From Caulobacteraceae bacterium (lineage in GTDB: Bacteria > Pseudomonadota > Alphaproteobacteria > Caulobacterales > Caulobacteraceae): DNA of 64,000 nt. Below, piece by piece: positions 1 to 9,706 of the stretch. Below the pieces are notes generated by a model that saw nothing but the letters and a program-made list of their open reading frames with translations, had not been told where the DNA came from and did no database searches. The DNA lies in the NCBI GenBank assembly GCA_036511715.1, contig DATCBS010000006.1:231277-295276 (forward strand). The letters run 5' to 3'. The position numbers and the translations under genes were made by a program. Position 1 is the first letter of the stretch. Each line of letters opens with the position of its first letter.

Positions 1-618
1 GAGGGCCGACCGGCGGTTCTGGGCCTGTTCAGCGTCGGCGATAGTTTGGTGCGAACCAACCCGCTCTTCGGTCGCGGTTGCTCCTTCGCGGCCGTCGAGG
101 CGCATCTGCTGCGCGATGTCTTTCTCGAAACCGCCGACCCCGCGGAACGCGCCAAGCTCTACAGCGCAAAGGTGCGCGCCGGGCTGCGGCCATTCTACGA
201 GGACATGGTCAGTCAGGATCGAGCCGCCGCTCGTCGCGCCGTTCGCGGTCTGGACCCCGCTTACAGGCCGCCGTGGCGGGCCCGCATCATGCGGAGTTTT
301 CTCGAGGACGGGCTTGCTATTGCAGTGCGCCGGGATATCGCGCTGCTGCGCGCCGCATCGCGCGGCTTTCATATGCTCGCCCCGCCCCGTGGTTGGTTGA
401 ACCGACCGGCGGCTCTGGCCAAGATCCTCACAACCTGGGCCCGCGGCCGCCGCGCGAACGCAAAGTTCTATGCCGAGAAACCCGGTCCGCCGCGCGCGGC
501 GATGTTCAACACCTTGGGATTGCCGCCCCTGGCCGATCTCGAGAGAGTGAGAGGCGATGGACGACAGGACCGGCGTGGCGGGTTCAGCATCCCTCCCGCC
601 GCTCCAGCACCATCTTGA
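1..618 (+). CDS. FAD-dependent oxidoreductase/monooxygenase, C-terminal part (5' truncated by window edge)
   Basis: Frame 1 is open from base 1 (EGRPAVLGLFSVGDSLVRTNPLFGRG). GD...NP..G.G is the second FAD fingerprint of flavoprotein hydroxylases. Confidence 0.75.
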   Translation, partial: EGRPAVLGLFSVGDSLVRTNPLFGRGCSFAAVEAHLLRDVFLETADPAERAKLYSAKVRAGLRPFYEDMVSQDRAAARRAVRGLDPAYRPPWRARIMRSFLEDGLAIAVRRDIALLRAASRGFHMLAPPRGWLNRPAALAKILTTWARGRRANAKFYAEKPGPPRAAMFNTLGLPPLADLERVRGDGRQDRRGGFSIPPAAPAPS

Positions 619-1984
619 GCCCGTAGCGCGGCTGGAGTGTCACGTTGTGGCGGAGCGCCACCCTGGCGTCCCTCGCCAGCCGCGGCCGATAGCGTTGTGC
701 GAGGCTGGCCAATATCAGAATCGCCTCGTTCATCGCCAGCACTTGGCCGATGCATACCCTCGGACCCGCGCCAAAAGGCAGATAGGCGAATCTCTGGCGC
801 CCTGGAGTCCGCTCGGGCGAGAACCGGTCGGGATCGAAACGTTCCGGGTCCTCCCACAGATGCCGGTGGCGGTGCAGCACCCACGGCGCGATCGCGATGT
901 TGGCGCCTCTGCGGATCGGGTGGCCGCAGATCTCGTCGTCTGCGACCGCCTCTCGCGTGGAGAGGCCCGGTGCGGCTGGATAGAGGCGCATCGCCTCGTC
1001 CACGATCCGGCGAGTATAGGCGAGGCGGCCAAGATCGTCCTGGGTCGGCAACCGGCCGCCCAGCACGACATCCAGCTCGTGGTGTAACCGCCCCTCCTCG
1101 GCTGGGTGCTGGGACAGAAGATACCACACCCAGCCCATGGTGACCGCGGTCGTCTCGTGGCCGGCGGCGAAGATCGTGACAACCTCGTCCCTCACCTCCT
1201 TGGCGGTCATTGCCGCCCCGGTGTCGAGATCCTTCGCCGCCACGAGCCGGCCGAGCAGGTCGTTGGGGAAAGCCGACGGGTTCGCCTCACGGCGCGCCAC
1301 CAGCCTCTGGACCGCGCCGTCCATCGGCGCGAACAGCCGCGCCATCCGCGCCTCCCTCCGGCGCATCCTGCCTTCGCGGAAGTAGGGCAGAAGGTCCAGG
1401 ATATTCACGTCCCCGATTGCCTCCAGACCCGTCTTGAGGGTCTGACTGACCTGGCCGACCATCTCCTGGGCGTCGGCGGAAAACATTGTGCGGCAAATGA
1501 TCTGCAGGGTGAGGGCGACCATCTCATCAGCCATGTCGACCTTGGCTGCGGCCCCGAGTCCGTCCCATCGCGACAACAGGTCACTTGCGCTCTGCGCCAT
1601 GGCCGGCGCGTAGGCCGCGACGCTCCGCGGGTCGAATGCCGGCGCCATGATCCGTCGATGCCTGCGCCACAATTCGCCGTCGCTGCCCAGGAGGCCGGCT
1701 CCGAACAAGGCGACGAAGAACCGTCGCTCCATGGCCGTCTTGGGATAGTTGGCGACATTGTCCACCAGCACCCGCCTGACGCCGGCGGGCTCGTTGACAA
1801 GGATGAAACGACCCAGGATCGTGTTGCTGACAACGATCGGACGATCGAACGCCCGGTCGGGGATGCCGGGAAACAGGCGCTCACGCCTCGCGCGCCATCT
1901 GGCCGCCAGTGAACGAGGAGCGCGTACTGGGCGGGCGCCGACCAGAGCCGGGCTCGTCATCGCGTTCATGACCCCGGCCGACAT
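584..1984 (-). CDS. Cytochrome P450
   Basis: I-helix AGHETT, K-helix EAMRLYP (ExxR), PERF/PDRF meander, heme-ligand FGAGPRVCIG. Confidence 0.97.
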   Translation of the reverse strand: MSAGVMNAMTSPALVGARPVRAPRSLAARWRARRERLFPGIPDRAFDRPIVVSNTILGRFILVNEPAGVRRVLVDNVANYPKTAMERRFFVALFGAGLLGSDGELWRRHRRIMAPAFDPRSVAAYAPAMAQSASDLLSRWDGLGAAAKVDMADEMVALTLQIICRTMFSADAQEMVGQVSQTLKTGLEAIGDVNILDLLPYFREGRMRRREARMARLFAPMDGAVQRLVARREANPSAFPNDLLGRLVAAKDLDTGAAMTAKEVRDEVVTIFAAGHETTAVTMGWVWYLLSQHPAEEGRLHHELDVVLGGRLPTQDDLGRLAYTRRIVDEAMRLYPAAPGLSTREAVADDEICGHPIRRGANIAIAPWVLHRHRHLWEDPERFDPDRFSPERTPGRQRFAYLPFGAGPRVCIGQVLAMNEAILILASLAQRYRPRLARDARVALRHNVTLQPRYGLKMVLERREGC

Positions 1985-2066
1985 CGGCTTATTCTTCGCC
2001 TTGATTGTGGGTTCCGCCTTCTAGGTCGGCTCGGCGAAGTCTACCGCGGTTCAGGAGAGCCGCCCG

Positions 2067-3509
2067 TTACAAATCGCTCATGGCCGTTTTAGGGAGGATC
2101 TGCGGGTTCCTCGGCGCCTGGATGAGATCGGGCCGCGAGGCGAGGATACTCGTGTCGAGCGAGGCGTCGCGGGCTTCCAGCGCCAGGCGGATCTCGCCGT
2201 GACGGGCGGCGTCCAGCCGCCAGCCGATCACGCACGCTCCCCCAAGCATGACGAAGACAATGGGACCAACGAGAAACGACAATTGCAGGTTGTAGATTGC
2301 CGCGGCGGTGTTCACCGCGCCTTCGGCGGGGTTGTAGCCGAGGCGGGCGAGCAGGGGAAAGGTCAAGCCGATGGCGAAGGCGCCGGCGATCTTGGCCGCC
2401 AATCCGTTGACCGCATAGAGCAGGCTGATCCGCTCCTTGCCTTGCTTCAGGCGGATCTCATCGCCCACGTCGGCAAGCATGGCCCGGATCATCAGGTCGA
2501 ATCCGGCCGCCATGGTTCCGCTCCAAAGCATTGAGGGGACGGTGGCCAGAAAGTCGGCCCTCGGAATCACGAAGATGGTGAAGAGGCCGAGCGAAAACCC
2601 TGTAGCGGCCAGCATCAGGGTCCGGTGCTTGCCTATCCGGCGCGCCGTTGCAGCGCCGAGCAGGGCGCCTGGGATCTGAGCCAGGATGTAAATCGCCAGA
2701 AGAAGGGAGGCCTCTTGGGTCGTGAAGCCGCGCGCGTCCCTGAAGAAGAAGAGATAGATGGCGCTCATCCAGCCAGGCCCGAGTGTCAGCGCCACCTGTG
2801 CCAAGAAAAGCCGCATGAGGTCGGGTTTGCTCAGCACTTCCCAATAGTCTCTCAGCGGAAAGCGCCGGGTGGTGATCTCCGGGGAGACTTTCTCGGGTGT
2901 ACGGAAGGCGGCCGCGGCGATGGCCACGGGCGTCAGTCCGATGATGAACCAGCCCATGGCACGCACTGCCTGGGCGTCGTTCAGGCCCATGGGAACGATC
3001 ACGATCCCCAAGGCGATCATCGTTCCCACCACTCCCACGGCATTGAGCACGCCGAACAGGCGCGAACGCTCATGGTAGTGTGTGGCCAGAGTGGCCCCCC
3101 AAGCCGAATGGGCGAGCCCCAGGATCGAGGTCCCCAGGTACATGACCAGGAGCCAGGCCAGCAGGTAGAGCCAGGAAAACCCGATCGGGGCCATGAATAG
3201 CTGATAGAGCGCCAGCATGAGGATCGGGGCGCCGGCGATGAGCCACAGCCGATAGCGCCCGAGCTGGGTGCGGGTGCGGTCCATCGCCACCGCCAACCCT
3301 AGATCGACCGGAATGTCGACCAGCCGCACCAGCATCCACACGCCCCCGACTACAGCCATGGGGACCTTCAAATGGCCGGCGAAGTAGGGCGGCAGATAGA
3401 CGAAAACCGCCACCCCCAGGGCCGAGAGCGGCAAACTGGGCGCGGAGAAGGGTAGGATGGTCCACATAGAAAGCCGCGAGCGCGCGGTCGGGCGGTCCAC
3501 GTCGGCCAA
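2067..3509 (-). CDS. MFS transporter, GPH/MelB-like (MFS_2)
   Basis: About 12 hydrophobic segments; DRTRTQLGRYRLW motif typical of glycoside-pentoside-hexuronide symporters. Start set at the TTG preceded by GGAG (ATG 3467 is an alternative). Confidence 0.85.
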   Translation of the reverse strand: MADVDRPTARSRLSMWTILPFSAPSLPLSALGVAVFVYLPPYFAGHLKVPMAVVGGVWMLVRLVDIPVDLGLAVAMDRTRTQLGRYRLWLIAGAPILMLALYQLFMAPIGFSWLYLLAWLLVMYLGTSILGLAHSAWGATLATHYHERSRLFGVLNAVGVVGTMIALGIVIVPMGLNDAQAVRAMGWFIIGLTPVAIAAAAFRTPEKVSPEITTRRFPLRDYWEVLSKPDLMRLFLAQVALTLGPGWMSAIYLFFFRDARGFTTQEASLLLAIYILAQIPGALLGAATARRIGKHRTLMLAATGFSLGLFTIFVIPRADFLATVPSMLWSGTMAAGFDLMIRAMLADVGDEIRLKQGKERISLLYAVNGLAAKIAGAFAIGLTFPLLARLGYNPAEGAVNTAAAIYNLQLSFLVGPIVFVMLGGACVIGWRLDAARHGEIRLALEARDASLDTSILASRPDLIQAPRNPQILPKTAMSDL

Positions 3510-3720
3510 GGGGTGCTCCGCTAGATCTCCGCGTCGCGGGCCATGCTGTCGGTTCGACGGGGCGAGGGCAAGTGAACAGGTGGTAAGGAGTACTCCTCGC
3601 CTTCCATGGGTCCGAGACGGGGTGGAGTAGGAGTTTGATCGCCCCGCGACCGCGGCGGAATTTGAAACCTGGCCGCCCGGGCGGGAGGGCGGGACTGCTC
3701 GTCCCATCGAAGCAAGAGGG

Positions 3721-6246
3721 TCACGCCACTTCGCGTAGCTCCGCCGGCGCTTCCAGGGCGCGATTGAGCGCGGCGAGGAGGTCGGCGACGGTGATCGGCT
3801 TGGAGACATGCCCATCCGCGCCCGCGGCCCTGCTCGCTTCGCGATGCTCGGGCAAGGCGTTTGCGGTGAGCATCACCACGGGGGTTCGACGGCGGGCGGA
3901 CTTCGCCTCCCTCGCCCTGATCTCCCGGGTCGCCGCCAAGCCATCCATGACCGGCATCTGCATGTCCATCAGGACCACGTCGAAGTCTTCGCTCTCCATT
4001 GCTTCGAGCGCTTCGGCGCCGTTGGAAACTGTGGTGGTCGAGGCCCCGAATTGTTCGAGCATCATTCTGACCACGGCCTGATTGGTGAGGTGATCGTCTG
4101 CAAGCAGGACCTTTACCGCCCGCTCCTCAATGAACTCGTGGCCCTCTTCGTCTCCGGCCGCCTGGACGGGCGCCGGGGCCGGAGGGAATGGCGCCTCGAA
4201 CCAGAACCGGGATCCAACGCCCAGAGTACTTTCGCAATCGAATTGACCATCCATCAGCGAGGCTAGCTGCCTTGAAATCGCCAAACCCAGACCACTGCCT
4301 CCGAACCGGCGGGTGATCGAGCCATCAGCCTGCTGGAATCGGCCGAACAGCCTCTCCTTGTCCTCGGCGTCGAATCCCACCCCGGTGTCGGTGACGGAAA
4401 AACCCAACCCACCATTTGCCGTCGATTCCGCGCGGATCGTCACCACTCCAGCTTGAGTGAATTTCACCGCGTTGCTGAGCAGATTAGTCAGGATCTGGCG
4501 CACTCGCGTGGCGTCCCCAAGAAACCATCCCTCCAGGTCCGGGTGAGTCTCGCAATGCAATGCGAGCCCCTTCTCGTCCGCGCGCAGCCGCGAGAGACAG
4601 GCCACCGAACGGACGAGGTCGGCGGCGTGGAATGGGGCGATCTCGATTGTCATGCGGCCCGCCTCGACCCGCGCCAGGTCCAGGACGTCGGACAGAAGCC
4701 GCTCCAGAGACTGGCCGGAGCCGCGGATGATTTCCACCATCTCGCGTTCCTTTGGCCCCAGGGCGCCCTTGGCGAGCATGTCCGCCACGCCGACGACTCC
4801 GTTGAGCGGCGTGCGGATTTCGTGACTCATGTTTGCCAGGAACTCGCTCTTGGCGCGGTTGGCGGTCTCGGCGCGAACCTGGGCGAAACGCAGCCGGCGG
4901 GCCACCCGTTTCTGCCAGAGCACCATGAAGATGGCGCAGGAAACCATCAATCCGCACAGGATGGCGACCCAGCGTTGGGCGCCGATCACATCCTGCTTGA
5001 GATCGGCGTTGCGCCTCGCCGTCTGCAGCTGGGTTCGAAGTTCGCCGGTGATCTGCCGGACACCGGCGTTGAAACGTCTCGCGTTGGTCGCCTCCCGGTT
5101 CAGGGCAAAGGCGCGCAGCCCGGCAAACGCTTGCCGGTATTGCCCGCGCGCCATGAGCAATTCGCTTTCCACCTCGGGTAGACGGTTGAACGAGGTGGCC
5201 TCGAACCGGTGGGAGTCGCGCAGCTTGCGGAGCAGTGCGAGATCCTCCGAAGCCGCGCGGATGTCACCGACCCGAGCTTCCGCGATGGCGCGCATCGGGA
5301 CGATGTTGGGGGCGAGGAACGTGGCGTCGGTGAGCGTTCGGTCGAGGGGCTTGAAGCAGTCGAGGACCTCCCTCGGCTTGCCGAAGGTGTCGGCGACCAT
5401 GCCGCAGAGGTTCATGTCCCAGACCTTCAAGTGCGGCAGATCTGAACGCTTCGCCAAGCTGTGGTGCACGGTCGCGAGCCGGCGCGCCAGTTGCTCGTCT
5501 CCAAGCAAGACGGCGACATGGGCCATGTCGTAGACACCGTCGAAGTCGGGGCGGGGGTACCTGGCGTCCGTGTACTGAAAGTCCGCGCGATCGAAGGCGG
5601 CGGCGCTGCCTTCCAGATCGTAGAGATCCATGAGGGCCACGCCCACCGACTCCCAGACGGCGGCCCGCGCCGCGCCGGCGTACGGGTCGCGGTTCGGGAC
5701 CAGCGCGTCCGCGTCTGAAAGCAGTTCGAGCGCCGATCCGGTCTGCTTGTCCTGGGCGCGCATCACCGCCGCCTGGCTCATCGCATAGACCCGTGCAAAC
5801 CAATCCGGTTGGGCGCGCGCAATGCGTTCCACCTGTCCTTGAACCGATCCGTCACCACGACCGTAACGGCTCATGAGGCTGTTTATCTCGGCGATCGCCA
5901 CGAACCGTGCGTCATGTTCGCGCCTCGAGTTCCGCAACAGGATGGAATTCCAGTGCTCAAACCGTTCGAACTCCGACTGGTTCAGCATCACCGTCGCGAC
6001 GTGCTGCAACCGATTGAGGTTCTCGCGTCCTGGACCCACCGCCGCAGCGTCCCCGAACCGTTCGAGATTCGCGAAACTCGTCCTCTCCGCCCTCCGCTCG
6101 ATCGCCGACGCCAGAGCCCCAGGAGTCATGGACGCGCGTGTCAGCTCGTCTTTGCGGCCAGCGCCTCCTACAGCGAGAAGGGTAATCGCCGATACGATGG
6201 CGGCGAGCCTGATCAAAAACATGCGCTGTCTCGCGACGACCTTCAC
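3721..6246 (-). CDS. Membrane-bound hybrid sensor histidine kinase/response regulator
   Basis: H-box FLANMSHEIRTPLNG, N-box NLLSNAVKFT, DTGVG and GGSGLGL boxes, C-terminal REC domain (LMDMQMPVMDG...KP). N-terminal hydrophobic segment, about 400 aa extracytoplasmic region, then a TM helix. Confidence 0.95.
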   Translation of the reverse strand: MKVVARQRMFLIRLAAIVSAITLLAVGGAGRKDELTRASMTPGALASAIERRAERTSFANLERFGDAAAVGPGRENLNRLQHVATVMLNQSEFERFEHWNSILLRNSRREHDARFVAIAEINSLMSRYGRGDGSVQGQVERIARAQPDWFARVYAMSQAAVMRAQDKQTGSALELLSDADALVPNRDPYAGAARAAVWESVGVALMDLYDLEGSAAAFDRADFQYTDARYPRPDFDGVYDMAHVAVLLGDEQLARRLATVHHSLAKRSDLPHLKVWDMNLCGMVADTFGKPREVLDCFKPLDRTLTDATFLAPNIVPMRAIAEARVGDIRAASEDLALLRKLRDSHRFEATSFNRLPEVESELLMARGQYRQAFAGLRAFALNREATNARRFNAGVRQITGELRTQLQTARRNADLKQDVIGAQRWVAILCGLMVSCAIFMVLWQKRVARRLRFAQVRAETANRAKSEFLANMSHEIRTPLNGVVGVADMLAKGALGPKEREMVEIIRGSGQSLERLLSDVLDLARVEAGRMTIEIAPFHAADLVRSVACLSRLRADEKGLALHCETHPDLEGWFLGDATRVRQILTNLLSNAVKFTQAGVVTIRAESTANGGLGFSVTDTGVGFDAEDKERLFGRFQQADGSITRRFGGSGLGLAISRQLASLMDGQFDCESTLGVGSRFWFEAPFPPAPAPVQAAGDEEGHEFIEERAVKVLLADDHLTNQAVVRMMLEQFGASTTTVSNGAEALEAMESEDFDVVLMDMQMPVMDGLAATREIRAREAKSARRRTPVVMLTANALPEHREASRAAGADGHVSKPITVADLLAALNRALEAPAELREVA

Positions 6247-6376
6247 CTTGCGAATACCAAGGAATTCCTTTCGGAAGCTCTTACGGCGGGACAGGCCCGG
6301 CTTGATAAGCGACCGACGCGAGCGCTAGTCTTCGACGCTTCGGGGCCCCGGTCGGCCAGGCGGGGGAGCAGCTGCG

Positions 6377-7696
6377 TTGAGCGATCTGGCCATTTCCGAG
6401 GCCGCTGGCATCGACCGACACCCACCCATCTCCCGCCGCCAGGTGGCGGCGGCGGTGGCCGGCAACGCTCTGGAATTCTATGATTTCACGACCTACGCCT
6501 ACTTCGCCGTCCAGATCGGCCACGTATTCTTTCCAAGGCACACGCCCTTTGTGAGTCTGATGCTGTCGCTGGTCACTTTCGGCGCCGGCTTCATCTTGAG
6601 GCCGATCGGATCGATCGTGATCGGCCAGTTCGCCGACAAGGCCGGCAGAAGGCCCGCGATGCTGTTCAGCTTCGCCCTGATGGGCGTCGCAATTCTCGGC
6701 CTCGCTCTCACGCCCTGCTATGCGAGCATCGGCCCCCTCGCGCCCGCCCTGGTTCTGGTATGCCGGCTCACGCAAGGCTTCGCCCTCGGCGGAGAAGTGG
6801 GGCCAACGACGGCTTTTCTGGTCGAAGCCTCGCCGCCCGAAAGGCGAGGTTTCTATGGTTCGTGGCAGAGCGGGAGTCAGAATCTTGCTTCGATCGTCGG
6901 CGGCTTGGTTGGCGTGAGCCTCGCCGCCCTGGCGGGCCCGGCCAGCCTGGAGGCATGGGGCTGGCGCGTGGCCTTCCTGCTGGGGGCCCTCGCCTTGCCT
7001 TTTGGGCTCATTCTGCGCCGGACGTTGCCCGAAACCCTTCATCGCGCCGAGCCGCCGCATCTTTCTCATCCGCAAGCGCCAACGATCGCCGCGCACGCGC
7101 GCGTCATCATTCTTGGCTTGGCGCTCATCGCCGGAGCGACGGTCTCCACCTACGCCTTCAGCTTCATGACCACCTACGCCATCGCTCATCTGCATATGGC
7201 CGCCGGCATCTCCCTTGGCGCGACACTCGCCAATGGCGCGTTCGGACTGATTGGCGCGCTCGCCGGCGGTGCGCTTTCCGACCGCTACGGGCGAAAGGCG
7301 CTGATGATCTGGCCGCGCATCCTCTTCCTCGGCGCGACCTGGCCGGCCTACTTCCTGATGGTCCGCAACCACGATGCGGTGACCCTGCTCACTGCCACCG
7401 CCGTCCTCGCCCTGCTCAGTAATCTAACCGTAGCCGCGGTCCTGGTCGCGATCACCGAATCGCTGCGCAAGGAGATCCGGGGAGTCGCCATGGGGGCGGT
7501 CTACGCCACCGCGGTGGCGGTGTTTGGCGGCACGACCCAGCCCGCGATCGAAGGGATCATCCACTTGACCGGCGATCCGGTGTCGCCGGCATGGTACGTC
7601 ATGGGCTTCACGGCGATTGCGCTTGCCGCCTCGGTGATGATGCGCGAGACCGCCCTCGTCTCGCATCCGCGGGGCAGGGCCTCTAGGGAGTCTTGA
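6377..7696 (+). CDS. MFS transporter, metabolite:H+ symporter (MHS; ProP/CitA-like)
   Basis: GNALEFYDF, RPIGS...DKAGRR, QGFALGGEVG, GGALSDRYGRK motifs. Confidence 0.92.
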   Translation: MSDLAISEAAGIDRHPPISRRQVAAAVAGNALEFYDFTTYAYFAVQIGHVFFPRHTPFVSLMLSLVTFGAGFILRPIGSIVIGQFADKAGRRPAMLFSFALMGVAILGLALTPCYASIGPLAPALVLVCRLTQGFALGGEVGPTTAFLVEASPPERRGFYGSWQSGSQNLASIVGGLVGVSLAALAGPASLEAWGWRVAFLLGALALPFGLILRRTLPETLHRAEPPHLSHPQAPTIAAHARVIILGLALIAGATVSTYAFSFMTTYAIAHLHMAAGISLGATLANGAFGLIGALAGGALSDRYGRKALMIWPRILFLGATWPAYFLMVRNHDAVTLLTATAVLALLSNLTVAAVLVAITESLRKEIRGVAMGAVYATAVAVFGGTTQPAIEGIIHLTGDPVSPAWYVMGFTAIALAASVMMRETALVSHPRGRASRES

Positions 7697-8554
7697 ATGC
7701 GCATCGATCTCGATGGGGCCCAGATTTTCTTCGACACCGTGGGCTCCCAGTTGGCGATCAACGGCGAGCGGATGGACGAGCGCCAGAGCCTCGTCGTCCT
7801 TCATGGCGGTCCGGGGTTTGATCACTCAATCCTGCGGCCCTGGTTCGACCGGTTCGCGGACGCCTATCAGGTCGTCTACATGGATCATCGCGGCAACGGC
7901 CGCTCCACCGGAACCCCGCGCACCTGGCGTCTGGCGCAATGGGGCGACGACGTCAAATCTCTGTGCGACCGCCTCGGGCTGGTGAAGCCGCTGGTTTACG
8001 GCCTCTCGTTCGGCGGCATGGTCGCCATGGCCTACGCCAGTCGCCACCCGGCGCACCCCTCCAGGCTGGTCCTCGCCTCGACCGCGGCGCGGATGGAGCT
8101 CGCCGCGACCTACGAGATGATGGAACGCCTCGGCGGTGATCGCGCGCGCAAGGTCGCGGTCCGCTTCTGGTCCGATCCTGGCCCCGAGGCGGCGGCCGAG
8201 TACATTGCGGTCTGCATGCCCCTCTACAATCCCATCGGGGCGACCACGGCCGAAGCGCGCAAGAGGGCGATCACCAAGTTCGAAGTCATGTTCGACTTCA
8301 TCCGCGGCGAACAACGGACAATGGACATGACCGCCGACCTCGCCGCGATCGCCTGTCCGACCTTGGTGCTCGGCGGCGGCCTCGATCCGATCACCCCGAC
8401 CATTTGTTCACGGCGGATCTTCGAAGCTCTGCCCGCTGGCCTAGGTGAACTCGAAATGTTCGAGGCCGCCGGACACGGCGTCCATCGCGACGAGCCTGAC
8501 CGGGCGGAAGCCAGCCTGCGCCGGTTCCTGGAAGGAGGCGGCCAAGAACGATGA
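7697..8554 (+). CDS. Alpha/beta hydrolase (proline iminopeptidase-like)
   Basis: HGGPG oxyanion motif, DHRGNGRS, nucleophile GLSFGG, DP..P acid and GHGVH His. Confidence 0.9.
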   Translation: MRIDLDGAQIFFDTVGSQLAINGERMDERQSLVVLHGGPGFDHSILRPWFDRFADAYQVVYMDHRGNGRSTGTPRTWRLAQWGDDVKSLCDRLGLVKPLVYGLSFGGMVAMAYASRHPAHPSRLVLASTAARMELAATYEMMERLGGDRARKVAVRFWSDPGPEAAAEYIAVCMPLYNPIGATTAEARKRAITKFEVMFDFIRGEQRTMDMTADLAAIACPTLVLGGGLDPITPTICSRRIFEALPAGLGELEMFEAAGHGVHRDEPDRAEASLRRFLEGGGQER

Positions 8555-9636
8555 ATTCCGCAGAGAGCTTCAGCGCAGATTTTGCCGAGGCGCGGGTCAA
8601 GTTCCGCGCCGCGGCGGCCGCGGCCGGCGGCGAGCTGGAAATCTTCGCCCATCCCGAGCCAGCTCCGGACGGCTCAGATCTTTCCACCGACGTCGCCTGG
8701 TTCGGCCCCAAGGCCGCCGAGCGTGTACTGGTCATGATCTCGGCCACCCACGGCGTCGAGGGGTTCTGCGGTTCCGGGGCCCAGATCGATTGGCTGCAGC
8801 GGGGCGAGGCCGCTCGACTGCCGCCGGGTGTGGGCGTCCTGATGGTCCACGCGATCAACCCATACGGCTTCGCCTGGCTGCGGCGCGTCACCCAGGAGAA
8901 CGTCGACCTCAACCGCAACTGGATCGACTTCGCCGCCAACACCCGGCCGGCCAACAAGGGCTACGACGCCCTGTCCGAGGCGATCTGCCCGCGAGACTGG
9001 GATCGGGAGAGTCAGGGCCGGACCGCCGAGATCCTCGGCCGCTACGCTCGCGAACAGGGTCCGATGGCGCTGCAGCAGGCGGTGAGCGGCGGCCAGTACG
9101 ACCATCCCGCCGGCGTCTTTTTCGGCGGCGAGGGACCAACCTGGTCTCGCCGCACCCAGACCGCGATCTTCGCAAGCTACCTATCGAACGCCCGCAAAGT
9201 GGCGATCATCGATTACCATACCGGTCTGGGCCCCTGGGGCTATGGCGAGCTCATTGTCACCCACCATCCGACCGATCCCGCGTTCAGGCGCGCGGCCGCG
9301 TGGTACGGCGCCTGCGTGACCTCACCGGCCGCGGGCAATTCCACATCCGCCGAAATCACCGGCGACGGGCTGGGTGCCGCGCCCGCTCTCCTGCCCAGCG
9401 CCGAAGTCACCGGCATGGCGCTGGAGGTCGGAACACAATCCCTGGCTGAGGTAATGCTCGCGTTGCGCGCCGACGCCTGGTTGCACGCGTATGGCGATCC
9501 GCTCTCCAGCGAGGGCGGTAAGATCATGGGTCAGGTGCGCGCAGCCTTCTATGGCGACGCCGACGACTGGAAGGGCATGGTCGCGGGACAGTCGTTGGCG
9601 GTGACGAGACAGGCGCTCGCCGGACTGTGCTCATAA
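8551..9636 (+). CDS. M14-like zinc metallopeptidase/deacylase (DUF2817 family)
   Basis: SATHGVEGFCGS (HxxE), HAINPYGF, RRVTQENVDLNRN, DYHTGLG. ATGA overlap with the upstream gene. Confidence 0.85.
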   Translation: MNSAESFSADFAEARVKFRAAAAAAGGELEIFAHPEPAPDGSDLSTDVAWFGPKAAERVLVMISATHGVEGFCGSGAQIDWLQRGEAARLPPGVGVLMVHAINPYGFAWLRRVTQENVDLNRNWIDFAANTRPANKGYDALSEAICPRDWDRESQGRTAEILGRYAREQGPMALQQAVSGGQYDHPAGVFFGGEGPTWSRRTQTAIFASYLSNARKVAIIDYHTGLGPWGYGELIVTHHPTDPAFRRAAAWYGACVTSPAAGNSTSAEITGDGLGAAPALLPSAEVTGMALEVGTQSLAEVMLALRADAWLHAYGDPLSSEGGKIMGQVRAAFYGDADDWKGMVAGQSLAVTRQALAGLCS

Positions 9637-9706
9637 GACAGAGGCGCCGCTTGACGAGAATCCGCTAAGCTTGGACGCCAGCGTCGCTCGGAACTTCGGA
9701 GGACCC

